From positions 13,125 to 77,124 of the forward strand of contig CALMIS010000275.1 in the NCBI GenBank assembly GCA_937864185.1: DNA of 64,000 nt, in the 5' to 3' direction. The notes under the pieces were generated by a model. The model was not told where the DNA came from, searched no databases, and worked only from the letters and a program-made list of their open reading frames with translations. The DNA is from an uncultured Chloroflexota bacterium (GTDB taxonomy: Bacteria > Chloroflexota > Anaerolineae > 4572-78 > J111). The position numbers and the translations under genes were made by a program. Positions 57,501 through 64,000 of this stretch are shown here, piece after piece. The first letter of the stretch is position 1, and each line of letters opens with the position of its first letter.

Positions 57501-59244
57501 CCAGCGGTTTCTCGGCTATCGTTTCCCGGTAGCCGGTAGTAATGTGACGGCTAAAGTATTCCGGACCCAACAAAGCATGACCCTGGCCGATGTAAGCCTT
57601 GAGCCTAATTGGGAGATCGCCGCCGGCGATCCACGGATTAAGAGCTGGATGGCCGTGCCCTTGCTTTCCGGATCGCAGGCGGTTGGGGCCTTGACGGCTG
57701 ATAGTTTCATCCTGGGGGCTTATGGTCCTTTTGAAGTGCAGGTGCTGCAAGCTTACGCTAATCAGGCCGGTACTGCCATAGAGAATGCTCGGCTTTTTCA
57801 GGAATTGCAGCAGGCCAAAGAAGCCTCTGAAGCGGCGAATAAAGCTAAAAGCACTTTTCTGGCCACGATGAGCCACGAATTACGCACGCCGCTCAACGGT
57901 ATTTTAGGCTATGCCCAACTTCTGCAAGATGATCCGCGGCTGGCCGCTGACCAACTCGAGGGTCTGGCGATCATCGAACGGAGTGGCCGGCACTTACTGG
58001 CCTTAATCGACGACGTCCTTGATCTGGCGAAAGTGGAGGCCGGTCGCCTGGAACTGGTCCTGGCTGAGTTTCATCTGCCTACGCTCCTGGCCGACCTTAA
58101 TGAACTGATCCGGGCCCGAGCCCAGCAGAAGAACCTCACCTTTAAATTTATAGCCGGGCGCCTGCCCAGTGTCGTCTACGGAGACGACAAAAGGTTACGG
58201 CAGGTCCTGATCAATCTTATTGGCAACGCCATCAAATTTACCGATCAGGGGAGTGTCACTCTTGAAGTGCAACCGATTGCGGCGTTGCCCACCGGCAGCG
58301 GCCTGCCAACGTCTACCCTTCGTTTTATCGTGACCGACACCGGAATCGGGATTGCGCCGGAAGATCTAAATCTTGTTTTTGAACCGTTTCGGCAAGTTGG
58401 CCGGCAGGAGCGTCGCGCTGGCGGAACCGGATTGGGCTTAAATATCTGCTGTAATTTGCTGGAGTTGATGGGCAGTCAATTGTCGGTAACAAGCGAGATT
58501 GGCCTGGGCACCACCTTTTGGTTCGACTTGGCCCTCCCTGAAATCACGTCGGGCGTAAAGGTGGACTTACCCCACCGCTGGCAGCGCGTGATCGGCATCA
58601 AAGGGCAGGCGCCCCGTCTGCTTGTCATTGACCCTGATCCGGCCAGCCGGTCGATGCTGCTTGAGACGCTGGCCCCCCTGGGCTTGGAAATCGCTTCGGC
58701 CGGTAGCGGCCGGGATGGCGTTGAAAAAGCCAAAACGATGCAGCCTCACCTCATTATCGTCAATCTGGCCGTCCCCCACTTTGAGGACCCTGCTCTCATC
58801 TCCAAATTGCGGTTATCATCAACCTTAAGCAGCGTCTCTATTCTCGGTTTTGCCCCCGCTCTGGAGACAGGCGCGGTTGAACCGCTACCTCTTGGAGGGG
58901 ACGGCGATATCGTTCTTGAAGCTCCGCTCGAGGTGGGGCGACTGCTAGAGATGCTTGAGCAGCTAACGGATATCACCTGGAAGTATCAAGATGAGTTGAA
59001 GCCCGATCCCTCGGTCGGCGAGGCGGTCGAGCCTTTAACGCCACCAACCCCTGACGACCTACATTCTTTAAGCGATCTCGTATTGGTGGGGGATCTCCGG
59101 GCGATCAAGACATGGGTCGATGATTTGGAGCGACAGGATGTACGCTACCAACCGTTCGCCAACCGAGTTCGCCAGCTCGCTCAAAGTTTTCAGGTTGAGG
59201 AACTGAAGCAGTTGTTGGTATCACTCTCAAATAACTCTCGGTAG
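54592..59244 (+). CDS. giant cytoplasmic sensor kinase: TPR repeats + 4 GAF domains + HisKA/HATPase + pseudo-receiver + helical tail
   Basis: 1550 aa. N-terminal TPR-like repeats, a coiled coil and four GAF ends ([40 protein letters not shown]). H-box [14 protein letters not shown]. The receiver-like domain lacks the phospho-acceptor Asp (LIIVNLAVP). Confidence 0.85.
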   Translation: MDKTVEALENQLSTLEQDPQAGRHRRIDAMNDLAWLLLNLDPHRAYSLSQTAYNLAGQGGVYLKGRMCSLRNMGHINCMAFGQTDLALEQASQALVLAEQLSDRQVQAQALNTLSGCYSLLADHAEALKLSLQALMLCRTCDDPITTLMVTHDVGIAYARAQHYSQALQMFQGAYQMAQNLESSQWEATALSNLGTCYSDLGNNEAALAYLEQAISLTKTLGMAHMEAAALDSLGSVLLATQEYDRAISCFQQAIRISEQDGDKSSKAIFLKNLGHTYFKQHRVTEALATLHQALALAETAKTKDQIFACHQLLAEIYQAQGDLAQALSHYKQYHAIKEEVFNEQADRKLKMLQVIHQTEAARREAELQRGKAAELEREVLERREAEAELKRRAEEIAALVEIGREINATLDLTVVLEKIAVRAHALLRATTVAVYLPQPDEVAFQPVVAVGVWAKVVKESRVTLGQGISGFVAQTGVAEIVHDSYQDPRAIHISGTPYPPASVQESLMAVPLLYGERVTGLVVLWRVASSGLFTKTELNFVVGLAQQAAVAIENARLFEQVHQQLHIAESLREVAVAISSSLDLAAVLERILQELGSVVKYDRASIFLRDGEELVLTAGVPLHDIELGNRIYLISPEPGARVFNERSSVLINDVQADPEWVVWPGAENYPTRSWLAAPLMVGDQGIGILSVDHFKVDAFNERDTFNLQAFAVHAAVAIENARLFEAEQAAKRALATRVEEASILNHIIQTVTRTTDLVTALEMVAETIVYLLKTRNTGIALLNEAKTELEVVASASLDPDHPSTVGLKIPVINNSSSQLALETQRSQVIEQAQSNPATLAIHSVMKALKTQGLMIVPLLARGEVIGTIGVDTDQPDRVFSADEVQLVETIAGQIAGVIGQARLVEQEQRQRRVAQSLQQVALALNRSLNQGTVMDEILAQIRQVIDCDGAGLFLIQGDNLVLSGGFGFDQRFLGYRFPVAGSNVTAKVFRTQQSMTLADVSLEPNWEIAAGDPRIKSWMAVPLLSGSQAVGALTADSFILGAYGPFEVQVLQAYANQAGTAIENARLFQELQQAKEASEAANKAKSTFLATMSHELRTPLNGILGYAQLLQDDPRLAADQLEGLAIIERSGRHLLALIDDVLDLAKVEAGRLELVLAEFHLPTLLADLNELIRARAQQKNLTFKFIAGRLPSVVYGDDKRLRQVLINLIGNAIKFTDQGSVTLEVQPIAALPTGSGLPTSTLRFIVTDTGIGIAPEDLNLVFEPFRQVGRQERRAGGTGLGLNICCNLLELMGSQLSVTSEIGLGTTFWFDLALPEITSGVKVDLPHRWQRVIGIKGQAPRLLVIDPDPASRSMLLETLAPLGLEIASAGSGRDGVEKAKTMQPHLIIVNLAVPHFEDPALISKLRLSSTLSSVSILGFAPALETGAVEPLPLGGDGDIVLEAPLEVGRLLEMLEQLTDITWKYQDELKPDPSVGEAVEPLTPPTPDDLHSLSDLVLVGDLRAIKTWVDDLERQDVRYQPFANRVRQLAQSFQVEELKQLLVSLSNNSR

Positions 59245-59271
59245 AGTAATTTTCCAAGAAAGGTAAGTTTA

Positions 59272-59889
59272 GTGGAGACCAAAAAAGAGACGATCCTTGT
59301 GGTAGACGATACGCCTTCAAATCTGAGCGTGCTGTTTGCCTTTCTTGAGCGCGCCGATTATGAAGTCTTGGTTGTTGGAAATGGCCAGGCGGCTTTGGAA
59401 AGCGTTAAGCGCCGCCCGCCTGATCTGATCCTGTTAGACATAATGATGCCGGTGATGGACGGTTATGAAACCTGTGACCGCTTGAAGGCTGATCCTGTTA
59501 CCAAAGACATCCCGGTAATTTTTATGACTGCCCTGAATGACGTTGTGGATGAAGTGAAAGGCTTTGCTCAAGGTGCGGTTGATTATATCACCAAACCCGT
59601 GCGGATGGAGCGGGTCCTGGCCCGCATTAAAACTCACCTAGCGCTGCGCCGGCTGCAGCAAGAGCTTCAGCAAAAGAATGCCCAGCTTGAAGAAGCCCTG
59701 GCCAATGTCAAAACCCTAAGCGGCTATCTACCCATTTGCGCAAATTGTAAAAAGATTAGAGATGATGAAGGCTATTGGCAGCAAGTTGAGGTCTATGTCA
59801 GGAGCCGGACCGACGTCCAGTTTAGCCACGGCATCTGTCCTGACTGTATGACTCTGCTCTATCCGGATTTTAGGCCTTCAAGTAAATGA
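59272..59889 (+). CDS. response regulator: receiver + coiled coil + C-terminal CxxC...HGICxxC domain
   Basis: Receiver motifs ILVVDD, LILLDIMMPVMDG and TKP. Tail LPICANCKKIRDDEGYWQQVEVYVRSRTDVQFSHGICPDCM. GTG start 27 nt after the kinase stop. Confidence 0.85.
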   Translation: METKKETILVVDDTPSNLSVLFAFLERADYEVLVVGNGQAALESVKRRPPDLILLDIMMPVMDGYETCDRLKADPVTKDIPVIFMTALNDVVDEVKGFAQGAVDYITKPVRMERVLARIKTHLALRRLQQELQQKNAQLEEALANVKTLSGYLPICANCKKIRDDEGYWQQVEVYVRSRTDVQFSHGICPDCMTLLYPDFRPSSK

Positions 59890-59907
59890 TGAGAGGAAAC
59901 TGCGCGG

Positions 59908-61917
59908 TCACTCGGGCACTGTTACCGCGCCGATGATCAAGGCATCCCCCCAACTGACCCGGGCTGAGTCGCCCTCAACAACGGGTAACCGCCGGCCATC
60001 GGCCCAGGTATAGACCGCCAGGTGCAGGTAGTAATCTCCCGCCGCCAGATCTAGCGGCAGAGACAAACAAGGAGACAGAGGGTGCCTTTCACCGGCAACG
60101 GCTGAGGCTAAGCCTTCATCATGTTGAGCCACAACCGCATTCCCCCCATTCACCAGATGAACCCCGTAGGAATAAGTAGCTTCTAAATCGACCAAAGCTA
60201 ACCACTCAAGCTCAAGGCAAATTGACTCACCGGGCTGAGCCGCTCGATAAAAGAACGGCGCCCCCCTGTAGCGCAGCTTATCGCCGAAGTAAAAGGTGAG
60301 CGAATCGCTTTCGCCGCGGTCAAAGCGGTAAAAGAGCATATAACCGGTGCTGGCCCGGTAGCCGATGTGCCGGCCCCGGTCAAGCTGAGCCACCGCTTGC
60401 CAGGTTTCGCCGATGTTGTTGGGCATCATCACCCAGATGGAGGGCGCGGGCGGGAGCCGTTCAATGAGTTCGGCCGTCTCGGCCGGCCGGTAAAACCGCT
60501 GAGAGAGATCGAGGGTTGAGGTGTTACGCAGCCCTAGTTTGCGATCGTAGTAAGCTTCCATGCTATAAGGGCGGACAATTTTGACCAGGGAAAGGTCCTC
60601 CGGTTGCCGGGCGGCCAGCACCGCGCGGACCACATCGGCCTGCCAGGGCGAGCGTGGCGGCCAGAGCCGGTTGTAGCTGTCGATATTCGTATAGACAAAC
60701 AGAGCTAGCAGAATCAGCATCAGGGGTTGCCACCATACCCAACGCAGCGCGTAGGCGATTAGTAGAGCGACAGCCGGTAGAATAGCGATGAGGTAGCGGA
60801 GTTGGTACAGGGGGGCCAGCCACGTATTCAAGGCTAGCACCACCAGCGGCGTGAGCAGCAGCCACAGCGCCAGCAGCAGGACCGGTCGCCAGGTGCGTTT
60901 TAGCCGGGGCAAGGCTCCGCCCAGGAGTAAGGGACTTAACAGCCACCAGCCCGCCCCGCCACTCAAAACGAATAGCAGCCAACTGATCGTGTCCCAGCTC
61001 GTGGCTTGGGGCAAAGCCAACGGGCCGCCGGGATGCATCTGGACCTGGTTGAGCCAAGCCCCAAACCAGGGCAGGTAAAGCAGCCCTCCTACCCCGACCG
61101 GCCCTAACCAGGCCCCCAGCCGTCGAGGCCGGCTCATCGCCAGGTGCAGCCCATGTCCCAACGGAATCAAGGCCCCATAATAGTGCGTCAGCGGCAGGGC
61201 CGCAATGGTCAAGCCATAAACCCCCGAGCGAATCCAGTTAACCTGCCAACTTTCCAACCGAAAATGAAAAATTAAAAAGGAAAAATGAAAAAATTCTCTC
61301 AGTCTACCACTTTTCCAGCCCTCCAACCCCACCCTCCTCCAGCCCTCCAGCCCTCCAATCCTCCAACCCTCCAATCCTCCAACCTTCCAACCCTCCAGTC
61401 TTCCCCCCTTCCCCCCTTCCAACCACCACCCATACGCCCACGTCGACAGTACCGCCAGAGCCAGCAGCAGCGAGTACATCCGAGCTTCGCCCATGTAGTA
61501 GAGCAGAAAGCTATGCGTGCCTAGCAGCAAGGCCGCCGCTAGCCCGGTGCGCCGATCGAACAGGACCCGACCAAGCCGGTACGTGGCGCTGATGCCCACC
61601 AGCCCAAAGAAGACAGATGGTAGCCGTAGTCCAAAAACCGACTCGCCCACCAGCCGCACCCAGACGTGCAGCCCCAAAAAGTAGAGCGGTGGATGCACAT
61701 CGGCCGCTACCCGACTGACGGTTTCGGTCAACGTGCCGCGCGCTACCCAGAGCGACCAGACTTCGTCGTGCCATAGTTCGGCCTGGTCGAGATAGGGCCC
61801 CACCAGCCCAAACGAGAGCAGAAGCGCGGTCAGTAATAGATAATGTGGCCAGGGCTTGAACTTTAGCTCCACCAAAATACTGTCTGTTTTGAAAAGGTTG
61901 CGAACAACCGGGGCCAT
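59908..61917 (-). CDS. GT39/ArnT-like polytopic glycosyltransferase-family membrane protein carrying an in-frame simple-repeat insertion
   Basis: Multi-TM N-terminal region (...DVHPPLYF...EARMYSLLLAL...) plus a roughly 250-aa C-terminal soluble domain. I use the ATG at 61917. The first 112 codons of the track ORF overlap the DUF2293 gene and look like a GC-rich shadow. Confidence 0.6.
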   Translation of the reverse strand: MAPVVRNLFKTDSILVELKFKPWPHYLLLTALLLSFGLVGPYLDQAELWHDEVWSLWVARGTLTETVSRVAADVHPPLYFLGLHVWVRLVGESVFGLRLPSVFFGLVGISATYRLGRVLFDRRTGLAAALLLGTHSFLLYYMGEARMYSLLLALAVLSTWAYGWWLEGGKGGRLEGWKVGGLEGWRIGGLEGWRRVGLEGWKSGRLREFFHFSFLIFHFRLESWQVNWIRSGVYGLTIAALPLTHYYGALIPLGHGLHLAMSRPRRLGAWLGPVGVGGLLYLPWFGAWLNQVQMHPGGPLALPQATSWDTISWLLFVLSGGAGWWLLSPLLLGGALPRLKRTWRPVLLLALWLLLTPLVVLALNTWLAPLYQLRYLIAILPAVALLIAYALRWVWWQPLMLILLALFVYTNIDSYNRLWPPRSPWQADVVRAVLAARQPEDLSLVKIVRPYSMEAYYDRKLGLRNTSTLDLSQRFYRPAETAELIERLPPAPSIWVMMPNNIGETWQAVAQLDRGRHIGYRASTGYMLFYRFDRGESDSLTFYFGDKLRYRGAPFFYRAAQPGESICLELEWLALVDLEATYSYGVHLVNGGNAVVAQHDEGLASAVAGERHPLSPCLSLPLDLAAGDYYLHLAVYTWADGRRLPVVEGDSARVSWGDALIIGAVTVPE
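61258..61420 (-). repeat. about a dozen phased GGAGGNWT octamers followed by five T-rich heptamers (minus-strand sense), inside the GT39-like ORF
   Basis: The + strand reads ...CCAGCCCTCCAGCCCTCCAATCCTCCAACCCTCCAATCCTCCAACCTTCCAACCCTCC... preceded by GAAAATGAAAAATTAAAAAGGAAAAATGAAAAAATTC. It has the same octamer-then-heptamer layout as 24860-24938. Confidence 0.85.
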
Positions 61918-61969
61918 AACCGTCTCTGAGATAAGCTTGAAACTGGATTTTATCGGGCTTAATCCCGGA

Positions 61970-62671
61970 TCATGCCGACCACCGTCCCAGCGTCCGGGCA
62001 ATTTCGGCTTCAACTTGAGCCCGCGCTTCTCGCCGAGCCTGACCGCGAGCCAGAAGCTGATCGTAATTCGTCTCGACGTGCCGGATGTGAGCCACCACCG
62101 CCAGCCGCACGGCCGCCTCGTCCAGGTCTTTGGCCGCCGCGCTTCGGCCCACCCGGCCACTGTATTTGAGGCAAGCGTGCTCGGCAATGATCTGCTCGCG
62201 GCCGGCCGGACAGTCCGGGAACAACTCCCGGATCCGCTGGGCAAAGCTCTCAACGTAGGTCTGGTCCAGAGCCGCCCGCCGGACGGCCTCGCGCTCCCGG
62301 CGGCGCTCCCTAACCTCGCTATCGGCCAGGCACTCCTGCTCGGCCCGATCCAGCGCCTCGGCCTCGACCAGCAAGCCCTGACGCTCGTACCGTTTGCGGG
62401 CCCGGCTCCATTGGACGACCAGCGCCGCCAAGGTCGAATATTTGCGCGATCGCCGGGTCAAGGCGGCGTCGCCGGCCGGTAGAAAAATGAGGTGGTCGAG
62501 ATCGGCGCAGGCCAGACACAGGACTTCCTTTTCCGGGGTGAGCGTCATCCAAGCTGACCGGACCAATTCGCGGCCGCACTCGCTGCAGACGGCGTCGTTT
62601 GAGAGAATAAACACACTGATATCGTCGCTTTTTGCCACGGTTCCCTCCGTGTCACTTGTTGGCTTAACCAT
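61970..62671 (-). CDS. DUF2293-like protein with N-terminal CxxC...CxxC zinc ribbon
   Basis: C-terminal GRVGRSAAAKDLDEAAVRLAVVAHIRHVETNYDQLLARG matches my recollection of DUF2293. The start is uncertain: ATG at 62671 or TTG at 62716. Confidence 0.6.
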   Translation of the reverse strand: MVKPTSDTEGTVAKSDDISVFILSNDAVCSECGRELVRSAWMTLTPEKEVLCLACADLDHLIFLPAGDAALTRRSRKYSTLAALVVQWSRARKRYERQGLLVEAEALDRAEQECLADSEVRERRREREAVRRAALDQTYVESFAQRIRELFPDCPAGREQIIAEHACLKYSGRVGRSAAAKDLDEAAVRLAVVAHIRHVETNYDQLLARGQARREARAQVEAEIARTLGRWSA

Positions 62672-62715
62672 AGACGGTTTTGATATTTCCGGCAAACGGT
62701 TATAATTCAAACGCA

Positions 62716-63894
62716 ATGACTGCCGAGTACAAAATCTCCTGCCGCAATTTATGGAAAGTGTTTGGCCCCACTCCGGAACAGGTCAAACCCTCAATCCGGC
62801 CGGGCCAATCCCGAGCCGAAATCCAAGAGCAGACCGGTCATCTGGTGGCCGTTCGGGATGTGACCTTTGGCGTGCGCAAGGGCCAAACCTTTGTCGTAAT
62901 GGGGTTATCCGGCAGCGGCAAGTCGACGCTGGTGCGCTGCATCCTGCGCCTGATCGAGCCGACCAGCGGCCAGGTCATCATCGACGGCGAAGATGTGACC
63001 GCAATGCATCCCCGCCAACTGCGCGCCCTGCGGGGCCGCAAGCTAAGCATGGTCTTCCAACATTTCGGCCTGCTGCCGCATCGCACCGTCTTGGACAATG
63101 TCGCTTACGGGCTGGAAGTCCAGGGCGTTAAACGCGAGTCCCGCCACGCCCGCGCCCGGGAAACGCTGCAACTGGTCGGTCTGGCCGAATGGGCCGGGGC
63201 TTACCCCAATCAGTTGAGCGGCGGTATGCAGCAGCGAGTCGGCATCGCCCGAGCCCTGGCGGTCGATCCCGAAATTCTCCTGTTCGATGAGCCTTTCAGC
63301 GCGCTCGATCCGCTCATCCGGCGCGAAATGCAAGACGAGTTGCTCAAACTCCAGCACGTGATGCACAAGACTATTCTGTTCATCACCCACGATTTCTTAG
63401 AAGCGGTCAAGCTCGGTGACAACATCGCCATTATGAAAGACGGCGAGGTTGTCCAAGTTGGTGCGCCGGATCAACTGATCCTTAATCCCGCCAATGATTA
63501 TGTCCGTGAGTTCACCAAGGATGTGCCCCGCTCGCGGGTGCTGCTGGCGCGCATGGTCATGCGTCCCTGCCGGGTGGTCTGCTCCGAGCACGATCCGCCG
63601 GCAGCGGTCCGCTCGCAGTTGCGGCCCGGCGAGACGGCCTTCGTCCGGGCCGAAAATGGTCGCTTCTTGGGCCTGCTTTCATCGCAGCAGCTCGAACAGG
63701 CTGCTGCGGCCCCTACGGTCGGTAGTCTGGCCAACAGCAACCCACCAACCGTTACCCCGGGCACGACGTTGCGTCAGCTCATCCCTTTGGTCGCCGCCAG
63801 CGAGCTGCCTTTACCGGTGGTCGATAGCAGCCAGAAGCTGCTCGGCGCGGTGGATCGACAGACTGTTTTAGCAGCGTTAGGCGAAGCAATTTAG
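62716..63894 (+). CDS. proV: glycine betaine/proline ABC transporter ATPase with C-terminal CBS pair
   Basis: Walker A GLSGSGKST, signature LSGGMQQRV and Walker B LLFDEPFSALD. A roughly 120-aa CBS-like tail. ATG at 62716. Confidence 0.85.
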   Translation: MTAEYKISCRNLWKVFGPTPEQVKPSIRPGQSRAEIQEQTGHLVAVRDVTFGVRKGQTFVVMGLSGSGKSTLVRCILRLIEPTSGQVIIDGEDVTAMHPRQLRALRGRKLSMVFQHFGLLPHRTVLDNVAYGLEVQGVKRESRHARARETLQLVGLAEWAGAYPNQLSGGMQQRVGIARALAVDPEILLFDEPFSALDPLIRREMQDELLKLQHVMHKTILFITHDFLEAVKLGDNIAIMKDGEVVQVGAPDQLILNPANDYVREFTKDVPRSRVLLARMVMRPCRVVCSEHDPPAAVRSQLRPGETAFVRAENGRFLGLLSSQQLEQAAAAPTVGSLANSNPPTVTPGTTLRQLIPLVAASELPLPVVDSSQKLLGAVDRQTVLAALGEAI

Positions 63895-63904
63895 GAGCGT
63901 AACT

Positions 63905-64000
63905 TGGTCCGCTGGCAATCCATTACCGATACCATTCAACTCAGTAAACGGGATTTGACAGCGCTGGCGCTTCTGGCTCTAATTTTGCTGCTGCCGTTGG
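63905..64000 (+). CDS. probable betaine/proline ABC permease, N-terminal fragment (continues beyond window)
   Basis: TTG start 6 nt after an AGGAG SD, 10 nt downstream of proV. The hydrophobic stretch LTALALLALILLLPL is open to the window edge. Confidence 0.45.

Noticed and set aside
61918-62253. N-terminal 112 codons of the track ORF 59908-62253.
   Set aside because: This part overlaps the DUF2293-like gene in another frame, is Arg/Trp/Ser-rich and has no TM character. The membrane-protein sequence begins convincingly at the ATG at 61917.

Overview
GC-rich, densely coding bacterial chromosomal segment with about 50 CDS. I saw no rRNA, tRNA, CRISPR array, transposase or integrase. All calls come from reading the sequence and the ORF track; no search or folding program was run. 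Content: (1) Signal transduction: four large GAF-containing histidine kinases (2358-4754, 4717-8016, 46028-47974, 54592-59244) and one stand-alone response regulator with a Cys-rich tail. (2) Metabolism: isocitrate lyase with a divergent RamB/PrpR-type regulator, cobalamin-dependent methionine synthase, a three-subunit acyl-CoA carboxylase operon, Zn- and Fe-type alcohol dehydrogenases, a Cys/Thr proline-racemase-family enzyme and a flavin amine oxidase. (3) Envelope and transport: LysM-M23 peptidase, O-antigen-ligase-like and GT39-like membrane proteins, an ABC exporter, an ABC-F ATPase and ProV. (4) A small accessory patch at about 19.6-23.5 kb with toxin-antitoxin genes and remnants and an ORF built from a 21-bp tandem repeat. 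The gene repertoire resembles Chloroflexota-like bacteria, but taxonomy cannot be established here. The most noteworthy signals are non-coding. First, a complete promoter / cobalamin-riboswitch-like aptamer / terminator / SD unit on the minus strand drives only a 111-aa single-pass membrane protein, back to back with metH. Second, a consensus promoter is followed by a roughly 215-nt leader with two tandem intrinsic terminators in front of the ABC-F gene. Third, three loci carry phased GGAGG-containing octamer arrays: one is intercistronic, one is embedded in frame in a membrane glycosyltransferase gene, and one is linked to a duplicated hairpin with pairing-preserving substitutions. Fourth, a consensus-signal 25-codon mini-gene sits upstream of a RIO kinase gene.
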